A stretch of 32,000 nucleotides of DNA from Candidatus Saccharimonadota bacterium (GTDB lineage Bacteria; Patescibacteriota; Gracilibacteria; Absconditabacterales; Absconditicoccaceae). The translations under genes were made by a program, and so were the position numbers. The DNA is taken from NCBI GenBank assembly GCA_000503875.1, contig CP006913.1, positions 90,001 through 122,000 on the forward strand, read 5' to 3'. The notes beneath the pieces were generated by a model. That model was not told the origin of the DNA. It saw only the letters and a program-made list of their open reading frames with translations, and did no database searches. Within the stretch, counting starts at the first letter, position 1. Each line of letters begins with the position of its first letter. Below are positions 1-9,505 of this stretch, piece by piece.

Positions 1-867
1 CAAAGTTTTTGCTCCATATTTAAGTCAGGCTCTCGCCAGTTTCTTTGCCAATACCTCAACAACAGATTCTTGAAATTCATAAGCAATCTCACAAATCAGA
101 TCTTCTGTCAGCGCTATATTTTGTTGTTCAAAATTTTTTAATAAGATGGAAACTTGGCTTTTCATTCACGAAAAACTAAAATCAAAGGATTCTTTCGCAA
201 GAAAAATTCTTTTAAAACTAACGGCATTATCCAATATATCGCATTTGTTACATTCTACATATTCCAGAAGTTTTGTTTTATGCTTTTGAGCCATTTCTCC
301 AATCCAAACTCATCCTGGGTAAGGACCGCCAAGCATCCTTGAAACCTTATCAAAACATTCACCAGCTGCATCGTCCAATGTTTTTCCTAGATGTTCTATG
401 TGAAATTTATTTTGGTCCTCCGTGATAAAATATAAATCATTATGTCCACCACTTGCTGTGAGGACAACCATAGGAAATTCAATATCAGTTTTGTTTCTTT
501 CCAAAAGTAAGGAAAAAATATGTCCATAAATATGGTTCACTTCGTATAAAGGTTTATTATATCGCTTGGCAAGAGTCGCTCCGACAGCTTTCCCTACCAC
601 GAGTGATCCAGGAAGTCCTGGGTGGGTAGTTACACTGATAGTATCCACATTCTCGATTTCTCCCCACCCAACTGCGTGTAACACTCACAATATTTTTTCG
701 CTATGTAATCTCGAAGCAATTTCAGGCATTACTCAACCATATTTTTGATGATCAGGCACTTGAGAGTAAGCGAGGAGTTGGTCAACAGAAAAATGATCTC
801 CATCAAAGGAAATTATCCCAATCGATGTATCGTCACAGCTTGTTTCTATTGCCAAGGTTTTGATCAT
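1..867 (-). CDS. tsaD: tRNA N6-adenosine threonylcarbamoyltransferase TsaD (Kae1/Gcp family), 3' end runs off the window
   Basis: ATG at 865-867 (minus). Translation MIKTLAIETSCDDTSIGII...YG(G)VMPEIASRLH...TASGGHNDLY...DDAAGECFDKVSRMLGGPYPG(G) is typical TsaD. Track ORF 310..684 is the middle piece, and several in-frame TGA sit at conserved Gly positions. The frame stays open to position 1. Confidence 0.9.
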
Positions 868-927
868 GGTATTAATGTTTATATATTGAAACATATTAAG
901 TTGATTTTTATTTATTCGCTCCGCTGG

Positions 928-1014
928 GATACTTTTTGCTACCAGGTCAAAAAGTAACCAAAAACCCCTCGTGAGCTGTTACATTTTCTTAACCTAAAAA
1001 TGTAAACGCTCACC
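928..1014 (-). repeat. Two-hairpin repeat element, copy 1 (87 nt), downstream of nrdG in sense orientation
   Basis: The reverse complement, ggtgagcgtttacatttttaggttaagaaaatgtaacagctcacgaggggtttttggttactttttgacctggtagcaaaaagtatc, is near-identical to 13244..13371 on the plus strand. Hairpin 1 is GTGAGCGTTTACATTTT / AAAATGTAACAGCTCAC. Hairpin 2 is GGTTACTTTTTG / CAAAAAGTA(T/A)C. Confidence 0.6.
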
Positions 1015-1033
1015 TATTTTAATAGTTTGTTTC

Positions 1034-1744
1034 TTACTTCCTAATTCCAACATGATCTACATATTTTTCTGCGATGATTTTAAATTCTTCGAGTTCTTCT
1101 TCATTAAACGGTTGTCCTCAGAAATTAGGATCCAAGGTATTCCCTCCGATATAGTTTTGTAAATAATAATGTTTTGCTCCTCTAATAAAATGCGCCATAC
1201 TTTCGATATCATCAGCGGTATGCATACCTTTGATTACGGTTGTTCTATATTCATATTCTATATTTCCTTCCAATAACATCTGTAATAACTTTTGATAGCT
1301 CAAGAAAAATTCTGGTTTTTGTGGTAAACCAACAGCATCGTCATAACTATAAATAGCATGTTTGAGATCGATCGCAACATAATCCAAAATTCCATCCTGA
1401 ATCATTCTTTTGACTATTTTATAATCTCTTCCGTTTGTATCGAGTTTTACTTTAAATCCCATAGATTTAATTCTTTTTGCAACATCATACAAATCTGTCT
1501 GCAATGTAGGTTCTCAACCACAAATACTAACTCCATCCAAAAATCATTTTCTGCTTTCCAAAAAATTGAAAAAAACTTCTTCAGGAATAAGGTCATTTTT
1601 GAAGAGCATCATTTTTTCTGGAAGCACACATTCTGGATTATGACAAAAATGACAACGAAAATTACATCATTGCGTAAAAATAACACAAGCTATGTGTCAT
1701 GGATAGTCGACTAATGTTGATTTTTGGATTCAGGCTATATGCAT
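1034..1744 (-). CDS. nrdG: Anaerobic ribonucleoside-triphosphate reductase activating protein (radical SAM)
   Basis: ATG at 1742-1744, TAA at 1034-1036, 236 aa with TGA=Gly. N-terminus MHIA(G)IQKSTLVDYP(G)HIACVIFTQ(G)CNFRCHFCHNPE carries the CxxxCxxC radical-SAM cluster motif. FLDGVSICG(G)EPT follows. Track ORF 1118..1504 is the central piece. Confidence 0.9.
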
Positions 1745-1795
1745 AATTTCTTTGTAAGGATTGCTATGTTATCTTCAATCTAAAATCCTGTTTTT

Positions 1796-2470
1796 TTATA
1801 TAGAGCTTGCTATGATTTTTATCCTTTCGATAGCTTTATCAATATTTCTCATTCCCTGTCCTACAGGATAGAAGGTAGGATATACCTTATATTTTATTCA
1901 ATGTATTTCAAATTGTTCATAATCATTTTTTTGATAGTCAGAAACCTTGATATTTTTTCTCAGCAACAAAGAACTTACTTGATTCCCAAACGAAACAATA
2001 TACGTAGGTTGAACCAAAGCAATTTCTTTTTCAATTGCTTCCAGATATGCTTTAAAAATATCATTGTGTAAGGGTCTTGCATCGATCTGAGTACACTTTG
2101 CAAGATTGGTCACATATATTTTATTCTGACGTAATTCTTGGTATACCTGCTGACAAAATTCGGTAGTCCATTCATTGGGTTTATAGCTTTGTATGGCGGT
2201 GAACGCTGGCTTGGAGATGGCACCTACGGCAAGAAACAATTTCCAGATATTCTTGGTTCCAAGCCAGGCTGCACGCAGTCATTTTCGATCTTTCTGTGCT
2301 GAAATATTTCTTCCTGTGGGATTCATAAAGAGAAAAAGAATATTTGGTTTTTTGATACACCCCGCTCCATACACAGGAGCAAGTGTTTTCTCTCCATATT
2401 TCATTTGAAGTGTATCAAAAAGAGGGAACAAATCAGGTAGTTGTAGAGCGTTCATAAAAAGAACAATCAA
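1796..2470 (-). CDS. Uracil-DNA glycosylase superfamily protein (family not resolved)
   Basis: Track ORFs 2279..2470 and 1898..2239 join in frame through TGA, and the frame extends past TGA at 1898-1900 to TAA at 1796-1798. FLFMNPTGRN resembles the G(M/I)NPG active-site motif of SMUG/MUG-type UDGs. VTNLAKC and a C-terminal FYPVGQG also fit. The start could be ATG 2470 or ATG 2455 (MNALQLP...). Confidence 0.5.
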
Positions 2471-2472
2471 AT

Positions 2473-2513
2473 AAAAAAAGCGAAGCAGAAGGGTTTGTTA
2501 CCTTCTACTCCGC
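2473..2513 (-). terminator. Intrinsic terminator after the nrdD glycyl-radical ORF
   Basis: Minus-strand RNA GCGGAGUAGAAGG-uaacaaac-CCUUCUGCUUCGC forms a 13-bp stem with two G.U pairs, followed by UUUUUUU (plus-strand A-run 2473-2479). Confidence 0.6.
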
Positions 2514-2536
2514 CTTCTGGAAATTAAATTATATAG

Positions 2537-2797
2537 TTACGCTGCACATGCACATCATACAAATTTTACTTCTTGATAGTTATTTACCAAATCATACGCG
2601 TTATTTGGTGTTGAAAATTGTCTAACAAATTCTGAATTAGCAGTTTTGCTTTCGTCGAAGTATTTGCGTGAATAGAATTCTGATTTTTTTCCTGTGTTAT
2701 AATGGCTAACAGGTCTAAGATATCCCATTACTCTAGTATATACTTGGCATTGAGTTCTTTGAATTTCTTTTCCTTCTTTGTTGGTGAATGTTTGCAT
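2537..2797 (-). CDS. Stand-alone glycyl-radical C-terminal module of class III RNR (NrdD C-terminal fragment, 86 aa)
   Basis: Own ATG at 2795-2797. Translation MQTFTNKEGKEIQRTQCQVYTRVMGYLRPVSHYNTGKKSEFYSRKYF contains the NrdD glycyl-radical signature (RVxGY..RPV...N.GK..E). It reads through TGA 2555-2557 to TAA 2537-2539. It is in a different frame from nrdD and separated from it by TAA plus 34 nt. Confidence 0.75.
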
Positions 2798-2831
2798 GAT
2801 GGCGTATGTATAATAAAAATAAAAAGAGGTT

Positions 2832-5039
2832 TTATTGAACTTGTTTTTCTTTCAGAATTCTGAGTTTTTCAGGATCTGAAGTATGTTTTTGTCTGGTTTC
2901 CATATTAAATTCATCTCCTACATATCCAAGTTCTTTATCACATTTTGGACAATAATCATGTTCTCCTACAATATATCCATGTTTTGGACAAATAGAGAAA
3001 ACAGGAGAAATAGTAATGTATGGAAGTTGATAATTTTCAATAACTTTTTTCACCAACATTTTGCATGCTTCTGCGTCTGATAATCTTTCTCCCATATATA
3101 AGTGGAGAACAGTTCATCACGTATATTTACATTGTAATTCATTTTGTAGTTCTAATGCTTCGAATGGATCATCTGTATATCATACAGGGATTTGTGTCGA
3201 ATTCGTATAATAAGGTGCTTCATCGGTTCACGCTTGAATAATCTTAGGAAGTTGTTTTTTGTCTTCTCTAGCAAATCTGTACGTTGTACCTTCTGCTGGA
3301 GTAGCTTCAAGATTATAAAGATTTCCAGTTTCTTCTTGATATTCTTTGAGAACTTCTCTCATATAGTCTAAGACTTCGAGAGCAAGAATTTTTCCACCCT
3401 CTGTTGTCATATCTTCTTTTCCACCCGTAAAATTAAGTACTGCCTCATTCATTCCATTCAAACCAATAGTTGAGAAGTGGTTTCTGAAAGAATGAAGGTA
3501 TCTTTTGGTATACGGATAGAATCCACTATCCAACCATTTTGTAATTTCTTTTCTTTTTAATTCAAGAGAAATTTTTGCTAAATCCATTAATCTTTTGACT
3601 TGTTTCTTAAATCATTCAAGATCATTTTTGAAATTATATCCAACTCTTGCTAAATTTAAGGTAACAACTCCAATTGATCATGTCATTTCAGAAGAACCAA
3701 AGAGACCACCTCATCTTTTTTCTAATTGAGTAAGATCAAGTTGTAATCTACAACACATAGATCTAACTGCTCAAGGCTTATATGCATTAGGATTTTCTAC
3801 TTTAGTTAGCTTTCCATTTTCATCTTTAACGGTCTTAAATTGAGACCCTACAAAGTTTTGAAAATAAGGGATTCCGTATTTAGCAGTCATTTCAAACAAA
3901 AGATTGATATCTGGATCATCCCATGGAAAATCTTCTGTGATATTATATGTAGGAATAGGAAAGGTAAATACTGCACCAGTCCAATCTCCTTTAGTATAAA
4001 TTTCAATCAATACTCTATTGAGAAGTTTCATTTCTTCTTCAAGTTCGCTGAATTTTTTTGGATAATATCCGTGTTCTATACCACCAAGCATCAAAGATTT
4101 CTCTTTAAGATCTTCAGGGCATTTCCAATCCAATGTAATATTGGTAAATGGAGTTTGTGTTCCCCAACGTGAAGGAACATTAAGACCAAAGATAAAATTC
4201 TGCATTTGTTGTGATACATATTTATGTACTTTGAAATCAACATGAGCTTTTCTTGCCTCTGGAGAATCAAATTGTACCTTAAGTTCATCAAGTTCTTCTT
4301 CTATACTAACTTTATATTTATGTACAAAAGGAGCAAGATATGTGTCAAATGATGAGAATGCTTGTGCACCGGCCCATTCATTTTGCAAGGTTCCCAAAAA
4401 GTTAATCATTTGGTTTACTGCAGATTGAAGATTGTTAGGTGGAGCAGATTGTACTCTGTTATCCAATCCATTAAATCCCTCTTCCAAAAGTTGTCTCAGT
4501 GACCATCCAGCACAATATCCAGAAAACATATCTAAATCGTGAATATGATAATCTCCATTTCTATGAGCACCTCAAACTTCTTCTGGATATACATGAGAAA
4601 GCCAATAATTGGCAACTACTTTCCCAGCAACATTAAGAATCAAACCCCCCAAAGAATATCCTTGATTTGAGTTTGCGTTCACTCTCCAATCAGTTTGTTG
4701 AAGATATTCGTCCATAGTTTTACCTACTTCTACTACCACTTTTCTAGCTTCTCTAGATTGTGCTCTTTTTTCGCGGTACAAGATATATGCTTTGGCAACC
4801 GTATCATGACCTTCTTTGATCAAAACTTGTTCAACAGCATCTTGAATCATTTCTACATCAGGAATTTCGTTTCCTGCTTTTGTAAGAACGGTTTCGATAA
4901 TTTTGTCAGTGATGGTTTCTACATTACTATAGTCCGTTCCACCAACAGATTGAATAGAAAGTTTAATGGCATTTTCTATTTTGCTTCTATCAAAAGAAAC
5001 GATAGCTCCATTACGTTTTTTTACTTTATAAATTGCCAT
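2832..5039 (-). CDS. nrdD: Anaerobic ribonucleoside-triphosphate reductase, large body (ATP-cone to Zn-ribbon), lacking the glycyl-radical tail
   Basis: 735 aa with TGA=Gly. Track ORFs 4572..5039, 3771..4529, 3228..3587 and 2832..3095 are all in one frame. Motifs seen: ATP-cone N-terminus (MAIYKVKKRNGAIVSFDRSKIENAI), GDYHIHDLD, MCCRLQLD, (G)GLFGSSEMT(G)SIGVVTLN, (G)GTVLHLY, and Zn-ribbon ICPKHGYIVGEHDYCPKC. It ends at a genuine TAA (2832-2834). Confidence 0.92.
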
Positions 5040-5070
5040 CTTTCGAAAAATTTTGAGATAAAAATAAAAA

Positions 5071-5118
5071 ACACTAGATATAGTAGTATTTATTTTGTTG
5101 TTGACCTATATATTGTGT
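5071..5118 (-). promoter_or_regulatory. Two tandem NrdR-box-like 16-bp palindromes upstream of nrdD
   Basis: On the minus strand the boxes read ACACAATATATAGGTC (5103-5118) and CTACTATATCTAGTGT (5071-5086). Each matches about 13/16 of the published NrdR-box consensus acaCwAtATaTwGtgt. Their centres are 32 bp apart, and they lie 32-80 nt upstream of the nrdD ATG. Confidence 0.55.
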
Positions 5119-5340
5119 TATAATATAAAAAATCAATGGAAACTTTATTCGAACAATTTTGGGTCCGATAGCTTTTAGTTAGCAGGATGCCAAAAAATCA
5201 AGGGCTTTTTTAACATTTTTTTGTCAATTTTGTGGGAAGATTGTTGGGGATAGTAATATAAAAAATTCAGATTTTTGTATTCTCTTGTATCTTTTTATTA
5301 AATTCCTATATAAAGCTTATTTTAAATGCTGATTTTTTCT

Positions 5341-5823
5341 ATGAAAACATCACTCAAAACAGGAATGAGTTTCTGAGTAACCTCAGGTGTTATAACTACA
5401 TTATGACTTTTGGTAGGACTTGCTTCATGAAGTGAAATGAGAGCGGTTGTGATAGCAGGTATTTTGACTATAGCAATTGCTGATTCTTTTTCTGATGCTC
5501 TCGGTATTCACATTTCCCAAGAATCTAATCCAAAAAATTCTCATAAGCAAGTTTGGGAATCCACTATTTCTACATTTTTTACTAAATTTCTTTTTGCCTG
5601 TACATTTATTCTTCCCGTTATCTTTTTTCCTTTGTTTTGGGCTGTAGTAGTTAGCTGTGTTTGGGGATTATTCGTGATTACGTTAGTGAGTTATAAAATA
5701 GCAGTTTCTCAAAATAAGAAACCACGACACAGTGTATTTGAACACGTTATGATAACTGTAGTAGTAATTGCGCTTACTTATATTACAGGGTTATGAATTA
5801 ATAAACTTTTTGTTGCAAACTAA
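5341..5823 (+). CDS. VIT1/CCC1-family (iron/manganese) membrane transporter, short form
   Basis: MKTSLKTGMSF(G)VTSGVITTL(G)LLVGLAS(G)SE...IAIADSFSDALG, followed by hydrophobic helices. Track ORF 5437..5796 is extended upstream through three TGA and downstream through TGA 5794-5796 to TAA 5821-5823. Confidence 0.7.
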
Positions 5824-5884
5824 TGATATTTTCTACAAAATCTTATAAATTCAATTGAAAATCCCTATAAAAAACTATATACAT

Positions 5885-6568
5885 ATGTTCAATACTATGG
5901 TTTATTTTCTAATAACATCGAATATGCTTTGACATATAGTTTCTTATCAAATGCTTAACCATGATGTTGTAGAAATAAAAATTCAATTACCACAGATAAT
6001 TTCTTACAAACCAGGGCAATGGGCTTTGATTGATTATAAAGTTTCTGAGCAACCGCTTAAGAGGGCATACTCTATTGCTGAGTACAAGATTGTTGATCAG
6101 AACTGTGAAATTACATTGGCGATTAAATTACTTGAAGGTTCAAAAAGCTGATGATATCTCAAAATCGCCAAGCAATGAGACGATATAGAAGTCGTAGGAA
6201 TTTTCTGACATTTTGTATTGCAAGACAACGAAAATCCAAAAGTATTTATCGGAACATGAACAGGATTGGTACCGTTGATAGCTATGGCAAACATGACCAC
6301 GTCAGACAAAAAATTATATTTTTCAGTATCACATAAATCTGATCTTTTTTATATAGATCGTATACAAAACATCGCGAACCTTGAGTCACATATCCATGTT
6401 TCAAGAGAAGAAGTAGAAGGCTGCGAACCAGGAAGAATAGATCTCACAGCAGCATCTTTTCCCGAAAACACAGAATTCTATATCTGTTGAAATCCTGCAG
6501 TAGTTACCGCCTTCGCAGAAACGCTTCAATCTAGATGATATCAAAAAATTTATACAGAGAAATATTAG
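5885..6568 (+). CDS. Ferredoxin-NADP reductase-like FAD/NAD(P)-binding oxidoreductase
   Basis: Track ORFs 5951..6151 and 6266..6490 join in frame with TGA=Gly. Motifs seen: RAYSIA (RxYS FAD motif), FIGT(G)TGLVPL (NAD(P) GxGxG-type motif) and YIC(G)NPAVV. TAG at 6566-6568. The start is uncertain (5885, 5897 or 5951). Confidence 0.65.
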
Positions 6569-6600
6569 TTTAATTTTAACTCTTAGTCCTGAGAAAGGGT

Positions 6601-8817
6601 ATGGATATCAAAAGCCTAGAAAATTATTTAAATTATAAACCGCATATAGGAAATCCACAGTTTATCGTGGATGAACTTATCGAAAAAGCAAAAGAATATC
6701 TTCCTGCAGAACAGCTTCCAAAAATTCAAAAAGCATATGAATATGCCAGGCAAGCACATGGATGACAACTAAGATTATCTTGAGAAGAGTATATAGTTCA
6801 TCCACTCAAGGCAACTGTATTTCTTATGGAAATCAAACCCGATCTTCAGACAATTCAAGCAAGTATTTTGCATGATGTAATCGAAGACACTCCAATAACT
6901 GAAAAAGATATCAAAGAAAACTTTTGAGAAGAAGTTGCTACTCTTTGTGAAGGGATGGTAAAAGTCTCAAAAATTAAATATAAATGAGAGGATAGACATT
7001 TGGAAACAATCAAAAAAACATTTCTTGCAATGGCAACCGATTTGAGAGTAATTTTTATTAAGCTTTGTGATCGTATTCATAATATACAAACACTTCAATA
7101 TCATCCAAATCCTTCAAAAATCCAGAAAATTGCCCAAGAAACTATGAAAATCTATGTGCCTATTGCCAAAAGATTATGATTATACTACTACCAATTATAT
7201 TTGGAAAATTGATCATTTAAACATATTGATGAACCAGCATTCAATAAAATTTTTAATTATCTCAAAAAATATTTTTGAGGAGGAGAAAAATATACAAATA
7301 AAGGAATAGATTTGATTACTGATCTTCTTCAAAAAGAATGAGTAGAAGATTTTATAGTAAAAGGAAGAATAAAAAGTCCTTATAGAGTTCACGAAAAAAT
7401 AGAAAAAAAATATCATACAGATGATCTTGGTGAAGTTATGGATCTTTTGGCATTTAGAGTAATTACCAAATCGGTCGCTGATTGTTATATGATTTTGGGA
7501 GTCGTACATAAGCATTTCACACCGTTGATCAAAAAGATCAAAGATTATATCGCTGTCCCAAAATCAAATGGTTATCAAAGTATTCATACAACAGTTTTAG
7601 GAATGTTTGCATTTCCTATAGAGATTCAAATCAGAACTCATGAAATGGATGAGGTAGCAGAATATTGAGTAGCTGCTCATTTTGCGTATAGCGAACACAA
7701 TAAACCTATGGTGGTATCCCAACATCAAGGCGAATGGATCAAAAGACTTCAAGAAATTGTCCATAGTTACAAAGAATCTGACGATAAGGAAAAATTTAAA
7801 GATGAATTAAAAATAGAGGTATTGGATAAACGTATTTATTTGTATACACCAAAAGGAGATGTCATAGAATTGCCGCATGGAAGTTCTGTTTTGGATTTCG
7901 CATTCTTTATTCACTCTGATATCGGTTTGAGATTTAAAAATGCTATTGTTAATGGTCAGATAAAACCAATAAGTTATAGACCAAAAACAGGTGATATTAT
8001 TAGTATAAATACCTTTAAAAATAAGTATTCTGCAAACAAACATCGATTTGATTTTCTTCATACTATGGGAGCAAAATCCAATCTCAATAAACATCTCAAA
8101 AACGAACAAAAGACAGATCTTATCAAAAAAGTTAGTACAGAATTAAATATTCATTTGGAAAAAAACAATCTTCCGAGATTAGACGCTGCCCAAGATAAAA
8201 TATCAAAACTTTATTCAAAATCAGAATTAGAAAAGAAATTTATTGAAATTTTAGATAGAAAAACAAGCTATAGTCAGCTTATTAAATCAGCATATCCTAA
8301 AGAACGAGAGCAGCGAAACAAACAAACAAATCCAACATTTTTTCAATCACAACTTCAGCAGATTAAAGATGCTGCAATAGCAAGAATTCTAATTGATGGG
8401 GATCATCTTTCCAATTATAGTTTATGCAAAGAATGTAATCCTTCAATTCATGATAAAATTATTGCAAAATCTTGAAAAGATGGAATCAAAGTACATAAGG
8501 TTGAATGTAAATCGCTTAAAACAATTTCTTTTGAGAAACTTTTGGAAGCACACTGGGAATGACAAGAAATCAATAATTATGGAGTTTCTGTGGAATTAAA
8601 AATATTTAATAAATATTCAAATTTGCTTGAGGTAATGACTATTTTGGGAGATCTTCATATTGTAATTTTACAGGTATCTATCAAAAATAATGGTGATGGA
8701 ACAAGTAGTATATTTTTGGAATCTGAATTCAAAAATCCTGCTCGTATAGCTTTCTTATTAAATAGCTTGAAAAAATACGATAATTCAATAAAGGTAAACA
8801 AAAGAAAAATATCATAA
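6601..8817 (+). CDS. rel: Bifunctional (p)ppGpp synthetase/hydrolase, long RSH (HD + synthetase + TGS + ACT)
   Basis: 738 aa with TGA=Gly. AHG(G)QLRLS(G)EEYIVHPL and HDVIEDT mark the HD hydrolase domain. GRIKSPYRVHEK, PKSNGYQSIHTTV and IEIQIRTHEMDEVAEY(G)VAAH mark the synthetase domain. IYLYTPKGDVIELPHGSSVLDFAF marks the TGS domain. The tail is ACT-like. Track ORFs 7438.., 7708.. and 8590..8817 are in frame. Confidence 0.92.
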
Positions 8818-8844
8818 TGGCTTTATTATTTTATTATAGTACAT

Positions 8845-9309
8845 ATGCTCGAAGAAGTAGGTGTAGTTATGGACAAATCAACATGGAGCTTTTCATGAAT
8901 GCTTGCAACGCAAGGAATAAGTTTTTGGATAAATATTCTTATGTTGATTATTATTTTGTTCTGGGTATTGAGTATTATTTGGGTAGCCAAAGATATTATG
9001 GCAAGAAGCAATAGATTGTCTCTTCAGGTACTTTCTGTGTTTTTGGTGACATTTTTTTCTCCTATAGTGTGACTTCCTATATATCGAGTTATTAGACCGA
9101 TAGGATTTATGCGCGATAGATTACCTTGGAGAGAAGCAGCAGTTATGAATTTAGTTGTTTGTTATAATTGTGGAACCTTAAATCCAAAAGAACATGAATG
9201 TTGTTTGGCCTGTGGAGAAGCGCTCAAGATAAAATGTAAGCAATGTGGAAAAGATTATCCTCATTCATACGGTTACTGTCATTTCTGTGGAGCACCTAAT
9301 ATTGATTAA
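8845..9309 (+). CDS. Membrane protein with PLDc_N-like N-terminal segment and C-terminal double zinc ribbon
   Basis: Frame opens after the rel stop. ...MLIIILFWVLSIIWVAKDIMARS...FFSPIV(G)LPIYRVIRP resembles the small PLD-nuclease-N membrane motif. The C-terminus is CYNCGTLN...CLACGE...CKQCGK...CHFCG (four CxxC). Track ORF 9109..9309 is the tail. Confidence 0.5.
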
Positions 9310-9424
9310 TTTAAATTCTCTTGTTTTTTAGTACAAAAAATCTAACTATAGAATAGTTTATTACCTATCAAGTGAAATATGATGCATCTTGGAACAACTA
9401 CGACAACTACTACAAGCCAATAGA

Positions 9425-9486
9425 TTGGTGGGAGTTTTGTATTGTTTCTTACATAATCCTACCAGAAATGGTGGGATATTTTTTTT
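9425..9486 (+). promoter_or_regulatory. Candidate transcription attenuator in the thrS leader (alternative hairpins plus U-tract)
   Basis: Terminator hairpin: AUCCUACCA (9456-9464), GAAA loop, UGGUGGGAU (9469-9477), then A and U8 (9479-9486), ending 20 nt before the thrS ATG. An upstream copy UUGGUGGGA (9425-9433) can pair with the same UCCUACCAG, giving a mutually exclusive antiterminator. Confidence 0.4.
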
Positions 9487-9505
9487 AACTTTTCAGTATA
9501 TACCA

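Noticed and set aside
2798-2831. An intron or intein at the nrdD split site, by analogy with the group I intron in phage T4 nrdD.
   Set aside because: The gap is 34 nt. Even the whole non-conserved junction is under 200 nt, too small for a group I or II intron. No intein splice motifs or homing endonuclease are present, and the downstream part has its own ATG in another frame.
5124-5340. A yybP-ykoY (Mn2+) riboswitch upstream of the VIT1-family transporter, prompted by TTGGGGATAGTAAT resembling the GGGGAGUAG core.
   Set aside because: The match is partial. No four-way-junction pairing partners and no second conserved strand were visible, and no terminator or sequestering hairpin precedes the start codon.
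9310-9505. A canonical T-box riboswitch upstream of thrS.
   Set aside because: I could not find the conserved T-box core (AGGGUGGNACCGCG with a UGGN bulge), the AGAGA/distal-loop motifs, or a convincing Stem I with a specifier loop. Only the generic terminator/antiterminator architecture is retained as a finding.
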